Part shown: one piece after another, positions 18,855-27,892 of the stretch
How the letters are laid out: each line of letters begins with the position of its first letter
Numbering within the stretch: position 1 is the stretch's first letter
DNA from: Patescibacteria group bacterium
Lineage (GTDB): Bacteria > Patescibacteriota > Minisyncoccia > Phycocordibacterales > Phycocordibacteraceae
Length of the DNA stretch: 64,000 bases
Assembly (NCBI GenBank): GCA_019744845.1
Contig: JAIETW010000001.1
Span: 354,859-418,858 of the forward strand
Direction of reading: 5' to 3'
Position numbers and translations under genes: made by a program
The notes under the pieces: model-generated
Databases searched by the model: none
Seen by the model: the letters and a program-made list of their open reading frames with translations, nothing else
What the model was told of the DNA's origin: nothing

Positions 18855-20783
18855 CTAAGAAGGAAGTTCGTCGTCTTTGGTCTTTGGTGTAATACCGTTC
18901 AGCACAAGGAGTTTCTCAAACTCTTCGCGCTCAAGCGTCTCTACTTCCACCAATTTCTCGCTCATCATATCAAGCGCCTTGCGGTGCTTCACGAGTACGT
19001 CGCGCGCTTTCTCCTTTGCTTCGTCAATGATGCGTGCCACTTCTCCATCAATCTTGGAAGCGACATCCTGGGAGTAGGCAACTTCTCCTGTGCGATCGTT
19101 TGCAAAGGCAACAGGACCGAGCTTATCGCTCATGCCATAGCGAGACACCATGTCGCGTGCAAGCGCGGTCGCCACTGAGAGATCGTTGTGTGGCCCAGTG
19201 GTGATGTCATCAAACACCATCTCTTCTGCGACATACCCTCCAAGTGTTCCTGCAATGTCATCAAGGAACTGCTTCTTGGACTGCATCTTCTTATCTTCAA
19301 ATGGAAGCTTAAGGGTGTACCCTGCAGCGCGGCCACGACTGATAATAGACACCTTATGCACTGGATCCGCGTACGGAAGGATAGAACCAACCAATGCATG
19401 TCCCATCTCATGGTATGCAGTGACACGCTTCTCACGTACGGAAAGCAAATGGCTCTTGCGTTCAGGACCAAGCATCACCTTTTCAATGGAGCGAATGAGA
19501 TCGTACTGAGTAATTTCTTTACGAGTCTCGCGTGCCGCAAGAATGGCGCCCTCGTTCATAAGTGAGTAGAGCTCTGCACCGGAAAAGCCTGGAGTGCGCT
19601 CTGCAATCACTTCAAGATTCACATCTGCACCAAGTGGCTTCTTACGTGCATGGGTCTTCAAGATCTCTACACGATCTTTACGATCAGGAAGGTCAATGGT
19701 GACACGACGGTCAAAGCGTCCAGGGCGAAGGAGGGCAGGGTCAAGCACGTCTGGGCGGTTCGTCGCCGCCATGACAATCACCTTCTCGGTTGGCTCAAAG
19801 CCGTCCATCTCCACAAGGATCTGGTTTAGGGTCTGCTCACGCTCATCATTCCCTCCTCCAGTGCCAGTACCACGTACACGACCGACGGCATCAATTTCAT
19901 CTACGAAAATAATCGCTGGCGCAGAGCGCTTCGCAAGCTGGAAGAGATCACGTACACGGGACGCGCCCACTCCTACAAACATTTCTACGAACTCAGAGCC
20001 AGAAATGGAGAAGAACGGAACGCCTGCCTCTCCTGCGACTGCACGTGCGAGCAAAGTCTTTCCGGTACCAGGAGCCCCCATGAGCAAAATACCTTTTGGA
20101 ATACGTGCACCAATATCAAGGAACTTCTTTGGGTTCTTAAGGAAGTCCACAATCTCTAGAAGCTCTTCCTTTGCTTCTTTGGCACCTGCGACATCAGCAA
20201 AGGTGACGCGCTGATTCTGATCTGAGGGATCAATCATGCGTGCCTTGCTCTGACCAAAGGTGAATGCCTGCATACCGGCACCCTTCACCTGACGTGCAAG
20301 GAACCAGAAGAGCACGGCAAGGAAGAGAATTGGAATTGCAATAGGAAGAAGCGTGACGAGCCAGAAGCGCCAGCCGGTTTCTCCAGTAACGGTAATAGCG
20401 ACTGCAGACATCTCTTGCGGTGCGACGCCATATGCCGCAAGTGTCTCTGGAAGACCCGCCTCAGGACTCTTCATTGACTCCTTCTCTGTTCCATCAGCGT
20501 AGGTAATAGTAAGAGTGTCGCCTGCAACGGTGATTCCTGTCACCAGCCCTGCCTTCACGTCGTTTGCGACCTGAGAAAGCGCAATTTCCTTATCTTCCTG
20601 ATTGGATCCAGTGATGAGTGAGTAGATACTCATCAAAATAAGGAACACCAAAATCGTGGAAAGGAGATTCCCCGCAAAACTTGGGCGTCCACTGGACGGC
20701 AAAAGACCCTTCCCTCCCTTCATGCGAGGAGTGGTCTTCCGTCCTTTCTTTCCGGACGGCGTTGGTTTACCCTGAGGCGCCAT
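18855..20783 (-). CDS. ftsH: ATP-dependent zinc metalloprotease FtsH
   Basis: Two N-terminal TM helices, AAA+ Walker A GPPGTGKT and Walker [13 protein letters not shown], and the zinc site HEMGHAL. Start chosen at MAPQGKP (cat at 20781-20783). The longer ORF to 21005 would overlap smpB. Confidence 0.9.
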   Translation of the reverse strand: MAPQGKPTPSGKKGRKTTPRMKGGKGLLPSSGRPSFAGNLLSTILVFLILMSIYSLITGSNQEDKEIALSQVANDVKAGLVTGITVAGDTLTITYADGTEKESMKSPEAGLPETLAAYGVAPQEMSAVAITVTGETGWRFWLVTLLPIAIPILFLAVLFWFLARQVKGAGMQAFTFGQSKARMIDPSDQNQRVTFADVAGAKEAKEELLEIVDFLKNPKKFLDIGARIPKGILLMGAPGTGKTLLARAVAGEAGVPFFSISGSEFVEMFVGVGASRVRDLFQLAKRSAPAIIFVDEIDAVGRVRGTGTGGGNDEREQTLNQILVEMDGFEPTEKVIVMAATNRPDVLDPALLRPGRFDRRVTIDLPDRKDRVEILKTHARKKPLGADVNLEVIAERTPGFSGAELYSLMNEGAILAARETRKEITQYDLIRSIEKVMLGPERKSHLLSVREKRVTAYHEMGHALVGSILPYADPVHKVSIISRGRAAGYTLKLPFEDKKMQSKKQFLDDIAGTLGGYVAEEMVFDDITTGPHNDLSVATALARDMVSRYGMSDKLGPVAFANDRTGEVAYSQDVASKIDGEVARIIDEAKEKARDVLVKHRKALDMMSEKLVEVETLEREEFEKLLVLNGITPKTKDDELPS

Positions 20784-20817
20784 AGTAAAAGACACTATAC
20801 AATAGAGGGAGTCGTTT

Positions 20818-21270
20818 ATGAAACAAGACACGCTGCTTATAGAGAACAAGAAGGCACGAATGCGCTTTACCGTCCTTGAGACTTTCTCAGCCGGTATAGA
20901 ACTTTCTGGTGCCGAAGCAAAGTCCCTTCGTAGTAAGCAGGGGTCTCTTGATGGTGCGCGCGTGATCGTACGTGGCGGAGAGGCATACCTAGTCGGTATG
21001 ACCATTCCTCCCTACCAAACAGGCAACACGCCAGTGAGCTATGACCCTGAACGGACGCGCCGGCTCCTCCTCACCAAGAAAGAAATTGCCGAGATGTCTG
21101 ATATTGAATCCATGAAGGGCTTGACAATTGTGCCAATTGATGTTTATAATAATAGGTACATTAAAGTCCGCGTCGCGATTGTGCGCGGCAAAGGCAAGGC
21201 TGACAGACGTGAGGATCTCAAACGTCAGGAAGCAAAGAAGGATATCGCCCGCGCACTCAAGCGCCGCTAG
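20818..21270 (+). CDS. smpB: SsrA-binding protein SmpB
   Basis: 150 aa. LIENKKARMRFTVLETFSAGIELSGAEAKSLR and a basic C-terminal tail. It lies immediately upstream of tmRNA. Confidence 0.9.
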   Translation: MKQDTLLIENKKARMRFTVLETFSAGIELSGAEAKSLRSKQGSLDGARVIVRGGEAYLVGMTIPPYQTGNTPVSYDPERTRRLLLTKKEIAEMSDIESMKGLTIVPIDVYNNRYIKVRVAIVRGKGKADRREDLKRQEAKKDIARALKRR

Positions 21271-21310
21271 GAAACTCCCGGAAAGTGCGTTCTGGTAGAA
21301 TGCTTTCTCC

Positions 21311-21714
21311 GGGGGTGACCGGCTTTGACGGTCTGCTCTTTGACACACGTGCGACGCGGTGGAAGTTTGTTGACCACCTTAATCTCGCAAACAACCAAAC
21401 TTGCCAAGAACACTCTTGCAAGCGTGAAGTCACCATTTACTATGGCTGACTTCCCGTTCGCTTACGCGCGCGCTTAACTGCGTCTTCGCCTAAGCGACAT
21501 CTGACTGGCTCAGTTCTCGTAGTGTCCAGTTCAGGTGGAATCATCTATGAGATCGGTGCGCGTCCTCCCGAGCGCGTTTCCTAAATAAGGGATCAGGTAG
21601 GAGTGGTTTCGTTCTGATTCCTCGCACCCTACCCTAGTACGTAATCAGAACTATGCGTCGTAGATTCGTTGTTTAAGACAGATTCGGACGGGAGTTCAAC
21701 TCTCCCCACCTCCA
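21311..21714 (+). ncRNA. ssrA: tmRNA (ssrA), standard one-piece form
   Basis: The 5' end GGGGGUGA pairs with the 3' CACCUCC-A, giving an acceptor stem with a G3:U70 alanine identity pair. The 3' T-arm is gggagTTCAACTctccc. An internal tag-like reading frame ends ...gct tac gcg cgc gct taa followed by a helix. Adjacent to smpB. CCA is not encoded. Confidence 0.85.
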
Positions 21715-21763
21715 CAGAACAGAAAACCGCCCATGAGGCGGTTTTCTAATCACTTCTTGGCAA
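21706..21763. repeat. Left copy of an imperfect direct repeat (58 nt; tmRNA 3' end + terminator + 'AKK-stop' gene end)
   Basis: ccacctccacagaacagaaaaccgcccatgaggcggttttctaatcacttcttggcaa. Compare with 23281-23332. Confidence 0.7.
21724..21748. terminator. Bidirectional intrinsic terminator (ccgcc-catga-ggcgg + ttttct) shared by ssrA and the convergent methyltransferase gene
   Basis: Hairpin flanked by agaaaa upstream and ttttct downstream. Confidence 0.65.
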
Positions 21764-22469
21764 CGTAGCTGGCTTCCAGTTGGTATCGATATACGCGCTT
21801 AATATCTCGAAACCCGAGTGCTTCTAGATCTTTGATATATTCTCTTTCATATAAAATAACTTCCGGCTTCTCGTCTTCGTAGTAATGCGTAGTCCACCTT
21901 TCTTTTAAATCTGACCTTCCTTCGGTGTCGAAAATATCAAATCGTTTTATTTGCCACTCAAGAGCTGCTTGATGTTCCGATTCATTATCTGAAGCGTATT
22001 TATCGACATTGATAAACAGACCGTCGGGCTTCAAGACACGGAAGATTTCTGCATAGACCTCCTTTCGATATTCATTTGGACAGTTGTGCAGTACAAGCGC
22101 CGATAGAACTGCATCGAGAGAGCCAGCTGGCTGTTCTTGTAGACATTCAAGTGCATCTGCATGCACAAACTCTACTCTACTTTCTTGTTTGTTTTTAAAG
22201 CGATATTTAGCTTGTTCAACTATAGATTCGACATTATCGAGAGCAAGCAGAGATATTCGCTTATCTGCGTCAAGGATAATATCGCTTGTTAAGCCGGTGC
22301 CGCAGCCAATCTCAAGCATCGCGAGGCTTTGTGTATTTGAACCTCTAAAGTGGCTTTGAATTGCTATAGCTATCGTTTGTTGCGCCTCATCATAATGTGG
22401 AGCTGCTAAGCGAAAGATCCTATCCTCTTCCACATCTGCGCTATAACGAGCTGCGATATCTGAACTCAT
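21750..22469 (-). CDS. Class I SAM-dependent methyltransferase
   Basis: Motif I LEIGCGTGLTS; motif II/III region FVHADALE ... LKPDGLFI. Confidence 0.7.
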   Translation of the reverse strand: MSSDIAARYSADVEEDRIFRLAAPHYDEAQQTIAIAIQSHFRGSNTQSLAMLEIGCGTGLTSDIILDADKRISLLALDNVESIVEQAKYRFKNKQESRVEFVHADALECLQEQPAGSLDAVLSALVLHNCPNEYRKEVYAEIFRVLKPDGLFINVDKYASDNESEHQAALEWQIKRFDIFDTEGRSDLKERWTTHYYEDEKPEVILYEREYIKDLEALGFRDIKRVYRYQLEASYVAKK

Positions 22470-23191
22470 AGGATTGGGGCGAATTCGTAGATAAGATCTT
22501 TTATTTGAGCTTCCTTACCCGGCTCAAGAGGACGATCCATTTCCCGTACTAATTTTAGTGCATATCCATTGTCCTTCGCTATTTCAGCAATGGTCGGCAG
22601 GTCAGCACTATCCCCTGTTCCTAAGAGCAACTTCCCTTCAGACGTTAGGTGGTCGTGTGCGCCCGCTACATACGCCCGCAGGCTTTCGTACCCCTGGTCG
22701 AGCCCTGAACGCAAAAGCATGTCGTCTGCTGGAACGTCCCAGTTATTGAATGGATGAGCCCAGAATATAAAGTCGAACTTTTCGCCAGCTTTAAGTGCAT
22801 TGTAGACATCACCTTCTCGTACCGAGACATCCAACTTGTGTCGCTCAGCATTTGTCTGTGCATTTTTTACGGCATCTGGATTAATGTCCGTAGCCACTAC
22901 TTGGGCACCGTTCATAGCACAAAAGACTGCTATCACTCCAGTACCAGTTCCTACTTCGAGTAGTGACTTATTTCCTACAATCTCCTGCAGAGCGTTTGCA
23001 TACCAGAGGCTGTCATCAAAAAACTCAGGAGCATATACGTTTGGAAATACCGTGAGGGGTATCCCTCCGTACTCAATCTCATACGGTTTATCTGCCTTTG
23101 CTCGCATGCGAGCGTAGATATCGTATATCTGCTGTCGCCAACCTTCGCGCTCAGTAGGAGTAAATATACGCGTTGGCACTTCCTTACTCAT
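22466..23191 (-). CDS. SAM-dependent methyltransferase, 'small domain' (RsmC/PrmC-like N-methyltransferase) with a variant AHPF motif IV
   Basis: LEVGTGTGVIAV motif I. FDFIFWAHPFNN occupies the position of the (N/D)PP(F/Y) motif. 4 nt overlap with the upstream methyltransferase. Confidence 0.6.
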   Translation of the reverse strand: MSKEVPTRIFTPTEREGWRQQIYDIYARMRAKADKPYEIEYGGIPLTVFPNVYAPEFFDDSLWYANALQEIVGNKSLLEVGTGTGVIAVFCAMNGAQVVATDINPDAVKNAQTNAERHKLDVSVREGDVYNALKAGEKFDFIFWAHPFNNWDVPADDMLLRSGLDQGYESLRAYVAGAHDHLTSEGKLLLGTGDSADLPTIAEIAKDNGYALKLVREMDRPLEPGKEAQIKDLIYEFAPIL

Positions 23192-23280
23192 GAGGATATT
23201 TTACTCTATTCCCATGCATCTACTACTTTGAGGAAATGCAGGTCTCTGCACTCTAATAGCGAGGTTCTAACTTCAGATAG

Positions 23281-23332
23281 CCACCTCCACAGAAACAAAA
23301 ACCGCCCTCAAGGCGGTTTTACTTCTTCGCAA
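23281..23332. repeat. Right copy of the imperfect direct repeat (tmRNA-3'-end-like ccacctccaca + terminator + 'AKK-stop' gene end)
   Basis: ccacctccacagaaacaaaaaccgccctcaaggcggttttacttcttcgcaa. The preceding 20 nt (gaggttctaacttcagatag) also resemble the tmRNA T-loop region (gggagttcaactctcc). Confidence 0.7.
23296..23320. terminator. Intrinsic terminator hairpin (ccgcc-ctcaa-ggcgg + tttta) 3' of the response-regulator gene
   Basis: Near-identical duplicate of the ssrA terminator. Confidence 0.55.
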
Positions 23333-23693
23333 GCGCAATCACCTTCTCCACCACTTGCTTCGGATCAAAGTCGCTCTTGATCACATAGTCCGCCGCACCA
23401 AGGGAAAGTCCCTTACGCTTGTTCTCATCCCCTGAGAGATTCGTAAGGAGCATCACTGGAATATCTTTGAGCTCAGGATTCTTCTTCACCTCTTCAAGTA
23501 CTTCAAAACCGCTCTTCTTCGGCATCATGATATCAAGCACAATCACTGCCGGCTTCGGATTCATGCTCGCAAGCTTAGTGAGCGCTTCTTCCCCATCCTG
23601 CGCTACTTCAAGAGTGTGCCCGCCGAGCGTAAATACCCGCTCGTACATACGGTACATGAACTTATCGTCTTCCGCGATAAAGAAGTGAGCCAT
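23319..23693 (-). CDS. Single-domain response regulator (CheY-like receiver only)
   Basis: 124 aa. Acidic pocket EDD, phospho-acceptor Asp in VLDIMMP, and a conserved Lys (AADYVIKS). Confidence 0.8.
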   Translation of the reverse strand: MAHFFIAEDDKFMYRMYERVFTLGGHTLEVAQDGEEALTKLASMNPKPAVIVLDIMMPKKSGFEVLEEVKKNPELKDIPVMLLTNLSGDENKRKGLSLGAADYVIKSDFDPKQVVEKVIALAKK

Positions 23694-23705
23694 GCAAAAA
23701 GGATA

Positions 23706-25904
23706 TCACGTCACCGGAAGGGTGAAGGAGAAGGTACTGCCCCTCCCGAGCGTACTTTCCTCAAGTACGACCGCCCCACCCATCGCATTCATAAGGAGCT
23801 TGGAAATATAGAGGCCAAGGCCCGTGGACTGGGAATTATCGCGCGCAAGAAGATCTTCACTTGCTTGCTGAAACTTACGGAAGAGGTTTGCCTGATTCTG
23901 TTCAGAAATACCAATACCCGTATCCGTCACCTTTACCTTTACGCGCGTTCCATCGCTCTCCACCGCGATGGTCACCCCGCCCTGGTGTGTAAACTTGATA
24001 GCATTCCCAATCAGGTTCTCAAGCACCTCTTCCGTACGGTCACGATCACCCATCACGAGTGGAATGGGTGACGATTCAAAGGAAAGCGTAATGCCCTTCT
24101 GGCTCGCAAGCTCCGTAAGTGTGCGCACGACTTCAGAAATCACCTCGGAAAGATCAAACGGCTGACGTTGTATCTCTATCTTGCCTTGTTCAAGACGTGA
24201 AATCTGAAGGAAGTCGTTCACGATGGAAATCAAACGACCACTTGAGGCATTAATATCTTCAAGCATGCCACGCATCGCAGGGTCATTGAGTTTATCCTTA
24301 TACGTATCAAGGAGCAGGTCCGTGTTCCCACGAATGGCAGTCAGCGGAGTACGAAGTTCGTGCGAGGCAATGGAGAAGAATTCCTCACGACTACGCTGAA
24401 TTACCTTTGCTTCGGTAGTGTCCTCAATAAGGAGCACCAAGCCAATCACCGTTCCGGTCGCCTGAGGACTATCCGCTTCGGCAAAGATAGGCGCACACAG
24501 CACGCGAAGGAACATATTCCCATAAGAAATATCTGACTTCTCAGATGGCACCTGTCGCTCAAGCGAGTCATTACAGAACTTCATCAGATCAAAGGTGGCA
24601 CCAAATGCGTTCGCAATGTCTTGGATCTTTCCTGGCTCCTCACGCAATTTCATAATGCGTGAAAGGGATGGGTTTTTCAGAAGAATGCCACTATCCACGC
24701 CCGCAATCACGAATCCGAACGCAAGACTGTTAATAGACGCAAGAAGACGTGCTTTCTCTTCCGCAAGTTCTTTCGTACGTACCTTCACCATGTCCTCGGC
24801 CTTATCTTTCCCATGCTTCACCTCTTCAAGAAGCACCCGCGTCTTCTCACGCGATTCGGAAAGCCAGGAAAGCATCTGATTAATTTGGTCGGCAAGTTTT
24901 CCGAGCTCATCTTTGACGCCTCCCCGCACACGCATGGAGATATCCTGCACATCATTAATATGATCCACATCTTTTGCGAGCTTCACAAAACGCGTAATCA
25001 CCAGCCGCTCAAGTAAGAAGACGATCACCATCCCGAATAGGATCAGTGCCACAGCGCTCGTGGCCATAAACACATACAAAGTAACGACTCCCTGGGTATA
25101 AATAGGACGTGGAGTCTCCACTCGGACAATAAGTGCAGGCTCTCCGTCAACGCCCGCAAGGGTGGTGTAGCCCACAATGGCGTACGCAGACGTCGGTACA
25201 ATTACTTCCGTCGCTCCTGCTTCTATCTGACTGCGCGCATCACGAACCTCAGTTGGGAGCCCCGCAGACTCATACGCAAATGCCGTCACCTCAAGGTGTG
25301 TGATCTCTGCGATCTTTCTGATTTTTTGTTCATTCAAATACCGTGCAAAGGTAAGAGACCCAGTACTTGGCCCCTCGCCGAGACTAGTCTTGAGTGGGAG
25401 CGACACGACAATCGCCGGACCAGCAGGAAGAAGCGCAATTCCCTGCGTCGCATGGTCAAGGGACTCATGCATGATGAGTTCTGGGTGTTGATTAAAGTAC
25501 GCCTCCATCGTTGAAGAGGCGACTTCAATGCGCTCAGTAATGTCCACGACCATAATACGGAACACTTTCCCTTCCGTATCTGCCCAGACCATGGCATTGA
25601 TATCAAGGTTGGAAAGGCCGGTCGCGTAGATTGTTTCCTCCGCCCACGCTGGATCCATAGTGTCGGCAAACTCATACGCCTCATCCCATGACGCCCAATC
25701 CGAGAGCTTGATCATTTGCTGGCTCTCAAACTCTTTGATGGCGTCAGTGGCACGGCGGAGATCTTCCCGCATCGCTTCGTGCTCAATGGTGAGATAGCTT
25801 GAGAGAAGCACCTGTGTGGAGATGAAGTAGACCGCAAACGAAAGCGCGACGACGCTGGCGATAAGGGTAAGGAGAATTTTTGACCGGACTGACAGGGGCT
25901 TCAT
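23706..25904 (-). CDS. Sensor histidine kinase (two TM helices with an extracytoplasmic sensor region, HisKA + HATPase_c)
   Basis: H-box FFSIASHELRTPLTAIRGN, N box LENLIGNAIKFT and G boxes DTGIGI / GLGLYISK. Start chosen at MKPLSV. An alternative upstream ATG at 25946 would add 14 aa. Confidence 0.8.
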   Translation of the reverse strand: MKPLSVRSKILLTLIASVVALSFAVYFISTQVLLSSYLTIEHEAMREDLRRATDAIKEFESQQMIKLSDWASWDEAYEFADTMDPAWAEETIYATGLSNLDINAMVWADTEGKVFRIMVVDITERIEVASSTMEAYFNQHPELIMHESLDHATQGIALLPAGPAIVVSLPLKTSLGEGPSTGSLTFARYLNEQKIRKIAEITHLEVTAFAYESAGLPTEVRDARSQIEAGATEVIVPTSAYAIVGYTTLAGVDGEPALIVRVETPRPIYTQGVVTLYVFMATSAVALILFGMVIVFLLERLVITRFVKLAKDVDHINDVQDISMRVRGGVKDELGKLADQINQMLSWLSESREKTRVLLEEVKHGKDKAEDMVKVRTKELAEEKARLLASINSLAFGFVIAGVDSGILLKNPSLSRIMKLREEPGKIQDIANAFGATFDLMKFCNDSLERQVPSEKSDISYGNMFLRVLCAPIFAEADSPQATGTVIGLVLLIEDTTEAKVIQRSREEFFSIASHELRTPLTAIRGNTDLLLDTYKDKLNDPAMRGMLEDINASSGRLISIVNDFLQISRLEQGKIEIQRQPFDLSEVISEVVRTLTELASQKGITLSFESSPIPLVMGDRDRTEEVLENLIGNAIKFTHQGGVTIAVESDGTRVKVKVTDTGIGISEQNQANLFRKFQQASEDLLARDNSQSTGLGLYISKLLMNAMGGAVVLEESTLGRGSTFSFTLPVT

Positions 25905-26033
25905 ATGAGGAAAGTACTGGTACTGATTGTACCTCTTTATATACATCCCAAACGCAGGGTTTCCCCATCCTCATGAATCCTTCATCCTTATTCATATACG
26001 GTACACCTGCACTTACTAAGTAACCGATACTGT

Positions 26034-26342
26034 ATGGATAGAAAGGAATCACAGACTGCGTGGATCATCGCTGGCGTACTTGCTGTGCTGTTGGTGATTG
26101 CAGTCGTATTTTGGATGAACACCCAGAAGGATCTTGATGCGGTACTCTCGGAAGGACAGGAAGACATCACCGTTATACGCGATCGTATTGCGGTTGACTG
26201 TCGTGCCATCGATACTGCAAGTCAGGAACGCTGTCAGGATCATCTAGAAGATCTCGCCGACATTCTGACTGAGTTTAGTGAAGACGTGGAAGAAACGAAG
26301 GACCAGGCAACCACTACGGAAGAAGATCCAAAGATGCAATAA
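26034..26342 (+). CDS. Small membrane-anchored acidic protein (hypothetical)
   Basis: 102 aa with one TM helix (WIIAGVLAVLLVIAVVFWM) and an Asp/Glu-rich tail. Followed by a strong terminator. Confidence 0.35.
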   Translation: MDRKESQTAWIIAGVLAVLLVIAVVFWMNTQKDLDAVLSEGQEDITVIRDRIAVDCRAIDTASQERCQDHLEDLADILTEFSEDVEETKDQATTTEEDPKMQ

Positions 26343-26372
26343 CAAAAGCCCCCAGTCGGGGGCTTTTTTACT
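26343..26372. terminator. Bidirectional intrinsic terminator (agccccc-agtc-gggggct + tttttt)
   Basis: Perfect 7 bp GC-rich stem with A-run and T-run on either side, between convergent genes. Confidence 0.7.
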
Positions 26373-27732
26373 GAACAGTGGAGGATGTCGGTTGCTCGGG
26401 GAGTGCGCTTTGTTTCCCGTGCCATTTTCCAACTCGCTCTGCATACACAAGCGTGTTCGTCATCTGTTTATACCGTGTCGCAAACTTTCTGAGAGTGTTG
26501 AGCACTAAGGCATGCGCTTCTTTGTCATATGTCTCCGACGCAGAGTCGCTATCTGAGATGAGCATTTCCATCTGAGTCACGACTTCATCTGGGAGGCCAC
26601 TCCACACACTACTCTCTGCAAGGGTGAGGGAGACTTCCCCTCGGGTCGTCCCAATCAGTTCGTTTTTGAATGAACGCTTCTTGAGCACATCTATGGCAGC
26701 ATTAATAGATTGATGCACCTTGGTTGCCTCTTTCACATCAGTGGTGACCATGTTGTCGTAGTGTTCCCTACCCTGACGTGCCACCAGTGACGTACGCTCA
26801 TGTGATCTAAATCGTGTGAGTTTACGAAGAGGACTCTGCATACGACGTAGTATTGCAGAAAGTTTCCTCTTCTCGCTCGTGAGCTTAGTAAACACTTCAG
26901 GAATATTTTTTGGTGCCCCTTTCTCGGAAAGAAGCTTCAGTTTTGTTGAAATATTGGAAGGGAACCCAGATGCACCATTTTTCCGCGCTGCCTCTGCGTC
27001 TATCGCATACTGTTGCTTCAATTCATCGTAGTCTTTTATGCACGTTCCCATTTCCTCCATGAACTCCTCAAGTCTTTCTGAAAGATCACGAATCACTTGA
27101 ATATCTATCACTTTTGTAGGATCTGCCTCTAGCCCCTTCATCACCTCATCAATATCTTCTACGAGTTCTTGAAATGAATCACCTAAGATATCCAGTGACA
27201 ACTTGAATATTTCTACGTCTCCCGCCACGTCAGTAGACGGAGCCTTGAAGAGGAAGAGAGTCTCCATCATGTGCTCAATTGGAAATGCGCGCTGCGCATC
27301 ATCTTTCCAGTGACTGAGGGCGGCGATAAGTTGCGGGCGAAGCTTGCTCCATCGCTCATCATGAATTTCCCGTCCCTGCTTTAAGGAGAAAAAAGCCGCC
27401 GTAGGAGTCTGGAGCTTCAACGCTTCAATTGCCTTCCCTGAGTGCAGACGTTCGGCAGTCAGAAGACGCTCACGAGCCTTTTTGCTGAACTGGTGTTCAA
27501 AGTCTTTCCGCGCGGTGGTGAACTTAATATCAAGGTTCGCCACCGAATCAAGAAGCTGCTTATACTCATCCTCCATATGTATAAAGATGAGCACTACCTT
27601 CTCGTGCGCAGTGAGCTTCCGTCCCTCCTCCCCCTCCATCCATCCCACCGCATAGGCTTCCTGTGCCGCACGAAACTCAGGAGTTCCAGGTTCTGGCCGT
27701 GTGGGGATACCTTCTGGACCTCTAAATTGCAT
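26368..27732 (-). CDS. Hypothetical soluble protein, 454 aa, predicted helical
   Basis: Long ORF with no recognisable motif. Bounded by terminators and intergenic regions on both sides. Confidence 0.45.
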   Translation of the reverse strand: MQFRGPEGIPTRPEPGTPEFRAAQEAYAVGWMEGEEGRKLTAHEKVVLIFIHMEDEYKQLLDSVANLDIKFTTARKDFEHQFSKKARERLLTAERLHSGKAIEALKLQTPTAAFFSLKQGREIHDERWSKLRPQLIAALSHWKDDAQRAFPIEHMMETLFLFKAPSTDVAGDVEIFKLSLDILGDSFQELVEDIDEVMKGLEADPTKVIDIQVIRDLSERLEEFMEEMGTCIKDYDELKQQYAIDAEAARKNGASGFPSNISTKLKLLSEKGAPKNIPEVFTKLTSEKRKLSAILRRMQSPLRKLTRFRSHERTSLVARQGREHYDNMVTTDVKEATKVHQSINAAIDVLKKRSFKNELIGTTRGEVSLTLAESSVWSGLPDEVVTQMEMLISDSDSASETYDKEAHALVLNTLRKFATRYKQMTNTLVYAERVGKWHGKQSALPEQPTSSTVQ

Positions 27733-27892
27733 AGAAGGATTTTATCATGTGAGTCAGGTATACTGCGCCTGAACGCTTATGCTACATAACGCGACCACGA
27801 TGACTTGGTCTGGCTTTACGGCCTAAGTCTCATACCGGCACCTGCCGGAACCTATGCGCCCCACGGCGTCTTATTCCTTCTATATATCCTTC

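Larger units (their letters stand above)
21706..23332. mobile_element. Candidate integrated island remnant at the ssrA 3' end: low-GC 1.6 kb insert with two methyltransferase genes, bounded by imperfect direct repeats. No integrase is present in the insert.
   Basis: Direct repeats of about 52-58 nt at both ends. The insert is visibly AT-richer (roughly low 40s % GC) than its surroundings. tmRNA 3' ends are classic integration sites. Confidence 0.4.

Noticed and set aside
19594-20214. 206 aa plus-strand ORF inside ftsH
   Set aside because: Antisense to the conserved AAA+ domain of FtsH. Arg/Ser-rich low-complexity product, so a spurious shadow ORF.
20784-21005. N-terminal 74 aa extension of the ftsH ORF
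   Set aside because: It would overlap the divergent smpB gene. The FtsH-like sequence begins at MAPQGKP (20783).
27733-27892. preQ1 riboswitch upstream of yhhQ
   Set aside because: Neither the preQ1-I hairpin plus A-rich tail nor any preQ1-II/III hallmark was recognisable. Only a short ccggcacctgccgg hairpin is present.
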